A stretch of 64,000 nucleotides of DNA from Acetivibrionales bacterium (GTDB lineage Bacteria > Bacillota > Clostridia > Acetivibrionales > JBMNNH01): assembly GCA_050953835.1 (NCBI GenBank), contig JBMNNH010000007.1, positions 14,607-78,606 on the forward strand, given 5' to 3'. A program made the translations under genes and the position numbers. The notes beneath the pieces were generated by a model that searched no databases, was not told where the DNA came from, and saw only the letters and a program-made list of their open reading frames with translations. Below, in pieces: positions 28,684-37,742 of the stretch; position 1 is the first letter of the stretch; each line of letters starts with the position of its first letter.

Positions 28684-29049
28684 ATGAAACGGGAAGTCTT
28701 AGGAAAATGCCCGGTTTGCAGCAGTGATACAAAGGTAACCGAGATACACTGCAGAAAGTGTGATACTACAATACGGGGTGAATTCGACCTTTGTAAATTC
28801 TGTATGCTGAATGAGCAGCAGAAATACTTTGTAGAAGTTTTTATTAAAAACAGAGGGAATATAAAAGAAATTGAAAAAGAACTTGGCATATCATATCCTA
28901 CTGTAAGAAACAAGCTGGATGAGGTGATTTATGCCCTGGGATACCAAATAGAACAACAAAAACCCTCTGTTAACCAGAAAGAGATACTGGAAAGGCTCAG
29001 TAGGGGAGAAATCACCAAGGATGAAGCATTGAGATTGTTGAACGAATAG
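28684..29049 (+). CDS. DUF2089 family protein (zinc ribbon + HTH)
   Basis: CPVCSS...CRKC zinc ribbon followed by IKEIEKELGISYPTVRNKLDEV. C-terminal SHOCT-like tail EILERLSRGEITKDEALRLL. Confidence 0.7.
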   Translation: MKREVLGKCPVCSSDTKVTEIHCRKCDTTIRGEFDLCKFCMLNEQQKYFVEVFIKNRGNIKEIEKELGISYPTVRNKLDEVIYALGYQIEQQKPSVNQKEILERLSRGEITKDEALRLLNE

Positions 29050-29108
29050 TGTAACAACAGTTTTTTGAAATAGAGAGGTATTTAATGAGAATATAGGAGG
29101 TAGGTATT

Positions 29109-29492
29109 ATGTCTAACAACTTTTCAGAAGAGAAAATGCAGATTCTAAAGATGATTAGTGAGGGAAAGGTAAATGCGGAAGAGGGAATGGAACTGCTCAG
29201 CGCGTTAGAAAGAGACAAAAGTGGGGTACTGCCAAAAAAAAGTGCAAAGTGGCTCAAGGTCAGGGTAAAGACGATGGAAGACAAAACCAAAGTAAAGGTT
29301 AATATACCAATTTCCCTGGTTGATATCGGTCTGAAACTTGGAATAGCCTATGCACCTCAATTAAAAGAATCCGGCCTCGATCAGCTAGACTTAAAAGAAA
29401 TTGTAGATGCCGTAAAAAATGGAGCAGAAGGCAAAATTGTTGATGTGGAGGATGAAGAAACCCAGACTAAAGTTGAGGTATACGTAGAGTAA
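29109..29492 (+). CDS. Small acidic protein with N-terminal SHOCT-like/LiaX-N-like motif
   Basis: EEKMQILKMISEGKVNAEEGMELLSAL motif. From memory, this type co-occurs with DUF2089 genes. AGGAGG RBS. Confidence 0.5.
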   Translation: MSNNFSEEKMQILKMISEGKVNAEEGMELLSALERDKSGVLPKKSAKWLKVRVKTMEDKTKVKVNIPISLVDIGLKLGIAYAPQLKESGLDQLDLKEIVDAVKNGAEGKIVDVEDEETQTKVEVYVE

Positions 29493-29593
29493 TTAGTGCT
29501 TATGCCATTTTAATGCCACTGGTATTTATGGAGCTAGTATGCCCATCGGGCGGGAAATACTGAATAATAAATTTTTAGATAACTGAATCTCTA

Positions 29594-29637
29594 AAAAAGC
29601 TGAATAAGGCTTTGAAAGCTTGATGTTCAGCTTTTTT
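29594..29637 (+). terminator. Intrinsic terminator
   Basis: AAAAAGCTGAA-(21 nt)-TTCAGCTTTTTT. Confidence 0.8.
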
Positions 29638-29925
29638 CTTAAGGGAGTTGAAACGACAAGTTAACCAATTGCATTATTTCAAGACAGATCATAGAAAGAC
29701 TTATTCCTGGGATATACCAAACAGTGCTGGTTGTAAAATATTGATTAATTAGCAAAAATAAACAGTTTTTTTATGGAATTATATTGACAAATTGTGAGAA
29801 CAAATATAAAATACTTTTATAAAATGCTAATAAAAAGTATTTATAAAAAAATGAAAGAGAAATAATATTAATAGTATATAAAAATATTAAAGGTAAAAAG
29901 TTATAAAGATGGAGGGTGTTTTAAA

Positions 29926-30963
29926 ATGAAAAACAAAGCAGTTGTATTGACAAATTTAAAAACTTTGGAATTCAGGGATGTACCTATGCCGGAGGTAAAA
30001 CCGGACGAAATACTTCTCAAGCTTGAGGCAGTAGGTGTATGCGGCTCTGATGTTCACTACTATGAAAAGGGTAAAATTGGTGACTTTGTTGTGGAGTATC
30101 CGTTCATACTGGGACATGAATGTGCTGGTACAGTCGTAGAGATTGGTTCAGAGGTAAAGGATTTAAAAGTAGGCGACAGGGTAGCGCTTGAGCCTGGTGT
30201 GCCCTGCGGACATTGTGAAATGTGCAGATTGGGTCATTATAACCTGTGCAAAGATGTGAAATTTTTTGCTACACCGCCTTATAACGGATGTCTTATGAAT
30301 TACGTTTCTTTTCCTGCAGAATTCGCATTTAAACTCCCTGAAACCATGACAGCTGTTGAAGGCGCTTTGGTTGAACCATTAGCGATAGGTATAAACGCAG
30401 CTTTAACTGCTGGGATTAAATTGGGTGATACAGTGATGATATTTGGTGCTGGCTGCATTGGTTTAGTGTCATTGCTGTCGGCCAAGGCATTTGGTGCGAC
30501 AAAAATAATTGTTTCCGATATTATACCTAAACGACTTGAAGTTGCTGAGAAATTAGGCGCAATTACAATTAATTCAAGTGAGAAGGATGTTGTTTCAGAA
30601 GTAATGTCTTTAACAGATGGAAATGGTGTCGATGCTGTACTGGATTGTGCCGGATTTAGTGAAACTGTACGTGATTCTACAAAGGTTGCAAAGGCCAGAG
30701 GTAGAATAGTAGTAGTTGGTTTAGGCGATGATGTGATCAATGGTATTTCATTAAGTGACTTAAGCGTAAAGGAATTGACATTAACTTCAATTTTCCGTTA
30801 TAAAAACATTTATCCCACAGCGATTTCCAGCATTTCCAGCGGGAAAATCGATATTGGTGGTATTGTGTCGAATACTTTCAAGTTTGAGGAGACACCGGAA
30901 GCGTTCAGAGTTGCAAGTGAGTGTGCAAGAGATATAGTTAAATCTGTAATCATTTTTGATTAA
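29926..30963 (+). CDS. Zinc-dependent sorbitol (L-iditol 2-) dehydrogenase family enzyme
   Basis: GVCGSDVHYY, PFILGHECAGTVVEIG, the structural-zinc cysteines CGHCEMCRLGHYNLC, and the GAGCIG Rossmann motif. The pattern parallels B. subtilis GutB. Confidence 0.75.
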   Translation: MKNKAVVLTNLKTLEFRDVPMPEVKPDEILLKLEAVGVCGSDVHYYEKGKIGDFVVEYPFILGHECAGTVVEIGSEVKDLKVGDRVALEPGVPCGHCEMCRLGHYNLCKDVKFFATPPYNGCLMNYVSFPAEFAFKLPETMTAVEGALVEPLAIGINAALTAGIKLGDTVMIFGAGCIGLVSLLSAKAFGATKIIVSDIIPKRLEVAEKLGAITINSSEKDVVSEVMSLTDGNGVDAVLDCAGFSETVRDSTKVAKARGRIVVVGLGDDVINGISLSDLSVKELTLTSIFRYKNIYPTAISSISSGKIDIGGIVSNTFKFEETPEAFRVASECARDIVKSVIIFD

Positions 30964-31030
30964 GAGATGATTTGTTATATGCCCTAAAACCTTCTTATTA
31001 TAAATAATCAGAACACTGTATATATATCAG

Positions 31031-31069
31031 ATTGATATAATTTGATTGATATAATTTGATTAATATAAT
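31031..31069 (+). repeat. 14-bp tandem repeat, about 2.8 copies (ATTGATATAATTTG x2 + ATTAATATAAT)
   Basis: Read directly, about 85 nt upstream of the ROK regulator gene. Confidence 0.85.
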
Positions 31070-31152
31070 ATAATCAATTATACACATATACTGGAATAAT
31101 ATGTGATATTATTGATTAGAGATAAAAGGCTTTATATGTATGAACAAAGGAA

Positions 31153-32274
31153 GTGATTTTAATTAGCAGTCTAAAACTAAAGCGAATGAACAGAAACAAA
31201 GTTTATAAGTACATTTTATCCGAAGAGAAGTTGTCAAAAGCAGATATAGCAAAAGACCTGGGCTTGAGTTTGCCAACAGTGGTACAATATGTAAACGAGC
31301 TAATGTCATTAGACTTAGTGGTTGAGAACGGCAAATTCCAGTCAACAGGCGGCAGGAAGGCGACAGCCGTATCATGCAATGAAAATGCGCGATACGCTAT
31401 AGGAATAGATATAACCAAAAAACATATTAATGCTGTCTTACTCAATTTAAAAGGAACAGTAGTAGACTTTAAACGGGTCAGATGTAATTTCTCTGATTGT
31501 GATGGATACTATCAGATAATTAGTAGCCTGATAGAAGAAATAATTGTCAAAAATAAAGTAGATAGGGAAAAGGTTATAGGTGTTGGCATATCTATTCCTG
31601 CGATTGTGATAAGTGAAAAAAGCTTTGGAAGTAAAGCAATAGCTGAAATGCCCCATGATCTTTACGATAAGTTGGAGCCATACGTGCACTTTCAATATAG
31701 GTTTTTTAATGATTCAAACAGTGGAGGCTTTGCAGAACAGTGGGTATGGGACAGTTCAAAGACTATCACGTACTTTTCACTGAGTGATACCGTAGGAGGA
31801 GCGATTATTAGCAACGGCGGCATCTATTATGGAGATAACATGAGAAGCGGGGAATTTGGACATATGGTAATCAACCCAAATGGTAAAAGATGTTACTGCG
31901 GAAATATCGGCTGTGTGGATGTATATTGTTCCTCACGCGTACTTTCGGATCACGCTGATGGTAGTTTGGAAAAGTTTTTTGAATATGTTGATAAAGGAGA
32001 TAAGAAATACGTAGACATATTTAATGAGTATCTGAATAACCTGGTTTTAGCGATTAATAATATTCGGATGTGTTTTGATTGTGATATCATTTTAGGTGGT
32101 TATATGGGAAGATTTTTAGCAAAATACTTGGATGGAATTAAAGAGTTGGTGAAGGAAAAGAATATGTTTTTTCAAAATGATGCTGAATTTATAAAAGTGG
32201 GCAAGTTTTCTTTTGAGGCTGCTTCAGTAGGCAGTGCGCTATATTACATTGACCAGTTTATTAACAACATTTGA
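31153..32274 (+). CDS. ROK family transcriptional regulator
   Basis: N-terminal wHTH (KADIAKDLGLSLPTVVQYVNEL). ROK sugar-kinase-like body with a zinc motif (GHMVINPNGKRCYCGNIGCVD). The start is ambiguous between GTG 31153 and ATG 31186. Confidence 0.8.
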   Translation: MILISSLKLKRMNRNKVYKYILSEEKLSKADIAKDLGLSLPTVVQYVNELMSLDLVVENGKFQSTGGRKATAVSCNENARYAIGIDITKKHINAVLLNLKGTVVDFKRVRCNFSDCDGYYQIISSLIEEIIVKNKVDREKVIGVGISIPAIVISEKSFGSKAIAEMPHDLYDKLEPYVHFQYRFFNDSNSGGFAEQWVWDSSKTITYFSLSDTVGGAIISNGGIYYGDNMRSGEFGHMVINPNGKRCYCGNIGCVDVYCSSRVLSDHADGSLEKFFEYVDKGDKKYVDIFNEYLNNLVLAINNIRMCFDCDIILGGYMGRFLAKYLDGIKELVKEKNMFFQNDAEFIKVGKFSFEAASVGSALYYIDQFINNI

Positions 32275-32316
32275 TTAAGAATTTATTATTACAATGGGGT
32301 GTTAGGAGAGATTGTG

Positions 32317-33333
32317 ATGAAAAAGGGTATAGCAGTAGCAGGAAATTTGATCATAGACTATTATAAAGAGATTGATGTTTATCCTGAGCATTCAACACTT
32401 ACAACCATTAATCAGGTTAGATCCGCTACAGGTGGTGCAGTATGCAATTGTGCCATCGACCTGGCAAAAATTGACGGCAATCTACGCATCACTGCAATAG
32501 GTGTGCTAGGCGAAGATGAAGCCGGAAGCATGGTTCTTAGTGAATTGAATAAATACCCGAATATTAGCACTTCACAGATAACCAGAGAAGGTGTGACCTC
32601 GTACACAGATGTTTACGTGGATAGGACAAACCATACGCGTACTTTTTTCCAATTCCGTGGAGCTAATCAGATCTTGGGTATTAAACATTTTGATTTTGAG
32701 AAAATAAATGCTGATATCCTCCACATAGGCTATATATTATTGCTGGACAGCCTGGACAAAGAAGATGAGGAATATGGTACTGTTATGGCCAGACTTCTTC
32801 ATCAGGCAAAATTGTCAGGTTTAAAAACATCAATTGATGTGGTCAGCGAACAATCTGAACGGTATAAGCTTCTCGTACCACCAGCACTAAAGTATTGTGA
32901 TTATTGTATTATTAACGAAATAGAGGGTTCAAGAACAACCGGAATAAAAATTCGTGATGAAAAAGGCCGGTTAATAGAAGGCAACGGGTTTAAAATATGC
33001 CAGGCATTATTGGATATGGGAGTTAGTGAGTGGGCTGTTATCCATATGAGAGAGGGTGCAATAGGTATAAGTAAGGATGGCGAATCCGTCAGTTTACCTT
33101 CTTTGGATATTCCAAGCGAGTCAATTTTGAGTTCTACAGGAGCGGGTGACGCCTTTTTGTCCGGGATGCTTTATGGAGCATGGAAAGGCAATAATCTGAC
33201 CAAAGCCATAGAACTGGGATTAGCAACTGCCACAATGTCTTTATTAGGTGCTAATGCGTGTGATGGAGTTGGTTCCGAAGCGGAAGCAAGGGCATTTTAT
33301 GAGGAGACACCAAAAGAGAAGTGGATATTTTAG
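32317..33333 (+). CDS. PfkB-family carbohydrate kinase
   Basis: N-terminal GG motif (ATGGAVCN) and C-terminal TGAGDAF motif. ATG 32317 lies 6 nt after AGGAGAG. Confidence 0.75.
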   Translation: MKKGIAVAGNLIIDYYKEIDVYPEHSTLTTINQVRSATGGAVCNCAIDLAKIDGNLRITAIGVLGEDEAGSMVLSELNKYPNISTSQITREGVTSYTDVYVDRTNHTRTFFQFRGANQILGIKHFDFEKINADILHIGYILLLDSLDKEDEEYGTVMARLLHQAKLSGLKTSIDVVSEQSERYKLLVPPALKYCDYCIINEIEGSRTTGIKIRDEKGRLIEGNGFKICQALLDMGVSEWAVIHMREGAIGISKDGESVSLPSLDIPSESILSSTGAGDAFLSGMLYGAWKGNNLTKAIELGLATATMSLLGANACDGVGSEAEARAFYEETPKEKWIF

Positions 33334-33554
33334 GATAAAGACTTTACACATATTTTGTGCAAATACTTCTGTGGCGTTTCATATTGCTATTTTTGTACTA
33401 TATTGAAAATTGAATATGAGAAAACCCTGACCGGGCTCGAGACGGAAAAAACTACTTTTCTTTTTGCCTTCCAAGTGTTAGAATAAATGCTTGGGGGGTT
33501 AATATTTTATGTTAACAGAAAATGTAAATATAACAAGGTGAAGGGAGCTTAACA

Positions 33555-33818
33555 ATGGCTGATAATGTAAATGTTAATGTTAATGTAAATGCTGAAACAA
33601 ACATGGTCTCACCAAAGAGTCGTCTTGCATGTTTGTTATTATGCTTCTTTTTTGGTGTATTGGGTATTCATCGTTTTTATGTTGGTAAAGTAGGAACAGG
33701 GGTTTTATGGTTACTAACCGCTGGTTTATTGGGTTTTGGTGCGCTTGTAGATTTCATAATGATTATAGTTGGTTCGTATAAAGATAAGAACGGAAAATAT
33801 GTAAAAAACTGGCAGTAA
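33555..33818 (+). CDS. TM2 domain-containing small membrane protein
   Basis: GVLGIHRFYVGKVGTGVLWLLT is the TM2 signature. The N-terminus carries an (NV)4 repeat. Confidence 0.75.
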   Translation: MADNVNVNVNVNAETNMVSPKSRLACLLLCFFFGVLGIHRFYVGKVGTGVLWLLTAGLLGFGALVDFIMIIVGSYKDKNGKYVKNWQ

Positions 33819-33899
33819 TTAGTATACCCCCCTTGTAATACTACTTCAATTAGTATTGGTCATATATTTCTAAGGAAATAGCATATTTTAGCATTATGT

Positions 33900-33931
33900 A
33901 ATTCCAGTTTTAATAAGCTGGAATTATTTTA
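33900..33931 (+). terminator. Intrinsic terminator
   Basis: AATTCCAG-(10 nt)-CTGGAATT followed by ATTTTAT. Confidence 0.7.
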
Positions 33932-34036
33932 TGTAAAGCTTTATTTGAATAATCCGTCACCTATGCTGCCTATAAGACATAATATATAATGAAACAACTG
34001 ATATACAGGGCCTATGAATACAAGGCGAGGAATATT

Positions 34037-34903
34037 ATGAACAAGATTATTTATTCTATCGGAATAGGAGTTTCATCAAGCATAATTGGTTTTATTATGG
34101 AGTACTTTGGAAGTATACAGGCATCTTATATGATTCTGTTGGCACTGATAACCATAGACACATTAACGGGTATAGTAAAGGCAATAAAGTATAATAGGTT
34201 CAGTATTTTTGGATTGAAAAAATTTGTTAAGAAGATAGTTACTTATAGTCTATCCATACTTGTAGTGAGATTGCTTGAACTGGCTATATTGCCTTTGTTT
34301 GAAACCACTCTGCTGTCCAATATAATTGTATCCTTACTTGCTATCACTGAAACTGTAAGCATACTGAACAATCTGTCTCTTCTTGGGGTGCCTATTAAAT
34401 CGAACCTAATAAAAAGGATGATTGGGAAAGTAAAAATTCCGGGAGTAGGAGAAGCCATCGAAAATATTGATAAGACCTATGAAAGCTATATTGAAGAAAT
34501 TGATGAAATAGTTAAATACCAAATATCTTCTTTTGCAAATGAATGCGTAAAGAAGCTTCTGGAAATTAAGTTTGAAGTGTGGAGGAGCGTTGTAAAGAAG
34601 ATTATTATTGAGATCAGCGAGCACAATTCAGGGAATAATGAACTTTTATATTACAAAGTCATGTACTTAATAGAATCTGCATTTAAAGAGATGCAAATGG
34701 ATTGGCAGAATGCAAATGTCGATCAGGAATGCATATGCAGATTCAGTTCAGTCCATAAACCCAGGGTTGATAAATTGATGGAAAAGGTCAGTGATATTTG
34801 CTTCAGTAATGAAGGAATACATGTAAAAAAACTGAAACTTATTGAGAGCATAGTAGTTATACTGTACCAGACTATAGTTGATGCACGAAGAGATTTGATG
34901 TAG
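34037..34903 (+). CDS. TcdE/LL-H-type holin family (Phage_holin_4_1-like) domain fused to a ~150-aa C-terminal soluble extension
   Basis: ILLALITIDTLTGIVKAIKYNRFS...LLAITETVSILNNLSLLGVPI parallels the TcdE pattern recalled from memory (ISFDTLLGCLSAIKSRKFNS...ILYESVSILKNLCLCGLPVP). ATG 34037 follows GAGGAA. The ORF-track start 33989 has no SD. Confidence 0.6.
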   Translation: MNKIIYSIGIGVSSSIIGFIMEYFGSIQASYMILLALITIDTLTGIVKAIKYNRFSIFGLKKFVKKIVTYSLSILVVRLLELAILPLFETTLLSNIIVSLLAITETVSILNNLSLLGVPIKSNLIKRMIGKVKIPGVGEAIENIDKTYESYIEEIDEIVKYQISSFANECVKKLLEIKFEVWRSVVKKIIIEISEHNSGNNELLYYKVMYLIESAFKEMQMDWQNANVDQECICRFSSVHKPRVDKLMEKVSDICFSNEGIHVKKLKLIESIVVILYQTIVDARRDLM

Positions 34904-35067
34904 CAGATAAAAGTCTAAACTCTTCCCACATTTCTGACATAGACTTCTTTGAGGAATTCAAATTTTTATTTTTTATTACAAAAAAGGTTTATAAAAAATA
35001 AAATTGTACGATATATTCTTTAGGATGTTTTTTACTGAGGAAAAAGAACTGTATATGGAGGATATAT

Positions 35068-35895
35068 ATGGATTTAGCTACTATTATTGGAATAGCTTGC
35101 GGTGCCGTATGTATAGTATATCCTATATTAACCGGCGGATCGCCGGCAGGATTCTGGGATGTGTCTTCGATATTTGTTGTATTAGGCGGAGGCTTGGCTT
35201 CAACGCTGATAAGCTACAGGCTGAGTGAAGTAATGAAAATATTGAAAGTGACAAAAAATGCATTTTTCGATAAGAATACTTCCAGCTCAGGGACTATAAA
35301 AATGCTTGTTGAATTATCACAGAAGGCAAGGCGTGAGGGCTTGCTGGCACTTGAATCGGAACAGGAAAGGATAGATGATGATTATATAAAACAATCACTT
35401 CAACTTATTGTTGACGGAGTTGAACCTGATACAATAAGAGAATCAATGAGTCTGGAGCTGGAAAACCTTCAGTCCAGACATGCCAAAGGCATAGGGCTTT
35501 TTAAGACAATGGGCAACCTGTTCCCTGCCTGGGGTATGATAGGAACACTTATGGGATTGATAGCACTTCTGAAAGATCTTGATGATCCGTCCCAGATAGG
35601 GCCTTCAATGGCCTTGGCACTGGTTACAACCTTTTATGGAAGCGTGCTTGCAAACTTTGTATGTATTCCTGTGGCGAATAAGCTGACAATAAAGAGTAAA
35701 GAGGAAGTTCAGCAGAAAGAAATGATTATTGAAGGAATACTGTCAATACAAGCGGGCGAAAATCCAAGGATTATGGAACATAAATTAAAAACCTTCCTAT
35801 CACCTGACCAGAAGAGAAAGTATGATGAGGAACAAAGCATAGATTCAAGAGGGATGCAGGGGCAGGCCGGCGGAGAAGAAGTTATTGCTGATTGA
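35068..35895 (+). CDS. motA: Flagellar motor stator protein MotA (MotA/TolQ/ExbB channel family)
   Basis: 275 aa. MDLATIIGIACG N-terminus and C-terminal TM3/TM4 block PAWGMIGTLMGLI...ALVTTFYGSVLANF. GGAGGA RBS. Confidence 0.85.
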   Translation: MDLATIIGIACGAVCIVYPILTGGSPAGFWDVSSIFVVLGGGLASTLISYRLSEVMKILKVTKNAFFDKNTSSSGTIKMLVELSQKARREGLLALESEQERIDDDYIKQSLQLIVDGVEPDTIRESMSLELENLQSRHAKGIGLFKTMGNLFPAWGMIGTLMGLIALLKDLDDPSQIGPSMALALVTTFYGSVLANFVCIPVANKLTIKSKEEVQQKEMIIEGILSIQAGENPRIMEHKLKTFLSPDQKRKYDEEQSIDSRGMQGQAGGEEVIAD

Positions 35896-35903
35896 GGTGC
35901 TTT

Positions 35904-36704
35904 ATGGATAACAAGAATAGGAGAGTAAGGAAAACTGAGGAGCCCGAAGAGGGCGCTAGCTGGATGACTACTTATAGCGATTTGGTAACTCTATTGCTTA
36001 CTTTTTTTGTTATGCTTTTTTCCATGGCTACAATAGATGCACAGAAGTTTGAGCAAATTGCTTATTCGTTGAGGACTGCATTTCAAAGCAATGCTGCTGG
36101 AGATGAGTTTAATGTAAATAGCGGAAAGGATTTAGTGAAATTGTTTGAGGAAAACACAGCTATTGATGTTGAAGACTCTGAATACAATAATGAACCAACT
36201 GCAATGAAAGGGGAACAGGAGGTTATTGACACTGCAAGAAGAGTTGAAGCGCAGAAGCTTGAGAAGGTAATAGAAGAACTGGAAGAAGAAATAAGCAGGC
36301 ATAATCTTGGAAACTTTGTCAAGGTTATTGAAGAGAAGCACATGGTTATTTTAAGGATTGACTCGGTCATACTGTTTGATTTGGGGAAAGCGGATATAAA
36401 AACTTCAGGAAGGGATATACTCGAAAAGCTGGGGAATATGCTAAACGAACTGGATAATGATATAGTGGTACAGGGCCATACTGATAACCTGCCAATCGAT
36501 ACATTTTTATTCCCTAGCAACTGGGAACTATCAACAAAAAGGGCAACTAACGTCGTGCGTTTTCTTATTGAAACCTGTGACCTGGACCCATCAAAACTGA
36601 CAGCTACGGGAAATGCAGAGTTTAGGCCAATCAGGCCAAATGATACGGAGGAAAACAGGCAAAAGAACAGGCGAATTGATATTGTTATAGATAAAAAATA
36701 CTAA
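35904..36704 (+). CDS. motB: Flagellar motor protein MotB (OmpA-like C-terminal domain)
   Basis: WMTTYSDLVTLLLTFFVMLF plug/TM with the conserved Asp. OmpA-like GHTDNLPI...SNWELSTKRA...NRRIDIV. Confidence 0.85.
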   Translation: MDNKNRRVRKTEEPEEGASWMTTYSDLVTLLLTFFVMLFSMATIDAQKFEQIAYSLRTAFQSNAAGDEFNVNSGKDLVKLFEENTAIDVEDSEYNNEPTAMKGEQEVIDTARRVEAQKLEKVIEELEEEISRHNLGNFVKVIEEKHMVILRIDSVILFDLGKADIKTSGRDILEKLGNMLNELDNDIVVQGHTDNLPIDTFLFPSNWELSTKRATNVVRFLIETCDLDPSKLTATGNAEFRPIRPNDTEENRQKNRRIDIVIDKKY

Positions 36705-36743
36705 TGATTGATAAATGATGACCCATAGTATTGACACTTTATT

Positions 36744-37586
36744 CTATCGATGATGTTTAAACTTGATAATCCGGTCAAAGGCAAGCGTTGCATTGATTTC
36801 CGCTCCAATAAGTATTATTATACTGCACCAATACAGCCATAATAACAGAATAATGATTCCTGCTATACTGCCGTATGTTGTTGTATATATGCTGAAATTG
36901 TTTATATAGAACGAGAAAACAACTGATAATAATACCCAGCCTATTACTGCAAATGCAGATCCGGGTAAAACCTGCTTCAATTTCAGGCGCTTGCCGGGTA
37001 TATAGTAGTATACTGATACAAACACTATTGTCATACTCAATAAGGGTGTAAAATACCTTATAAAATCCCAAGCTGTTTTAAACAGTTTTGTAATGCCCAA
37101 CATATTGAACAGGTATTCTCCCAATACTTTGCCCAGAACCAGCAAAACAAATGAGAATAGAATTACAAGTGCGATGCCAAGAGTAAATAGGATGGATATT
37201 CCGTTCAATTTCCAGAAAGGGCGGGTTTCTTCCTGGTCATAAGCTTTGTTTATACCTTTTATTAGAGCACATACCCCTCGTGATGCAGTCCATAAAGTAG
37301 CTATCATACCAAAGGATAAAATGGTTCTGCGGTCTGATGACATTACCTGCCTTCGCATTTCAACAACCAGGCCGTATGTTTGCGGGGGCATCAGGTGTTC
37401 CAGAGTTTTTATGCTCTCCTCATGGGTAAGAGGTGTATAGCTTATTAGAGTTATTAAAAAAATTAAAAAAGGAAAGAAAGATAATATAAGATAATAGGTC
37501 AATTGTGCTCCCAGAGCAGCTACTTCGTCCTCTTTATATCTTTTTGCAACGTTTTTGAAGAAACTTTCGTATTTTTCAATATTCAC
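36744..37586 (-). CDS. YihY/virulence factor BrkB family membrane protein
   Basis: GAQLTYYLILSFFPFLIFL and the C-terminal LLWLYWCSIIILIGAEINA signature. Confidence 0.8.
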   Translation of the reverse strand: MNIEKYESFFKNVAKRYKEDEVAALGAQLTYYLILSFFPFLIFLITLISYTPLTHEESIKTLEHLMPPQTYGLVVEMRRQVMSSDRRTILSFGMIATLWTASRGVCALIKGINKAYDQEETRPFWKLNGISILFTLGIALVILFSFVLLVLGKVLGEYLFNMLGITKLFKTAWDFIRYFTPLLSMTIVFVSVYYYIPGKRLKLKQVLPGSAFAVIGWVLLSVVFSFYINNFSIYTTTYGSIAGIIILLLWLYWCSIIILIGAEINATLAFDRIIKFKHHR

Positions 37587-37742
37587 AAATGCCCTCCTAG
37601 AATTTCAGAAAAACTTATTTACATGCAAAGTTTTTTCAAGTAGAGTTTATTGTTCTTTATAATATATGGTTCTACATTAAATATATTATTATGAGGATGA
37701 GAATAGTGCATATATTACTTATATTACACAGTAAGAAATAAG

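Noticed and set aside
33415-33470. GC-rich patch (AACCCTGACCGGGCTCGAGACGGAAAAAA) upstream of the TM2 gene, considered as a guanidine-III or other small riboswitch.
   Set aside because: Only scattered words (CCGG, GACGG) match, the order and pairing do not fit the recalled consensus, and the downstream gene is not a guanidine exporter.
34990-35020. Sigma-D (flagellar) promoter upstream of motA, suggested by ...GTACGATAT.
   Set aside because: No TAAA element lies at the required ~15-nt distance from the CGATAT -10-like sequence.
35068-36704. MotA/MotB pair considered as a Zorya-type (ZorA/ZorB) anti-phage module, because it is isolated from other flagellar genes and sits next to a holin-like gene.
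   Set aside because: Both proteins have ordinary stator sizes (275 and 266 aa) and canonical stator motifs. ZorA proteins are much longer, with a long tail. No ZorC/D/E-like genes are adjacent.
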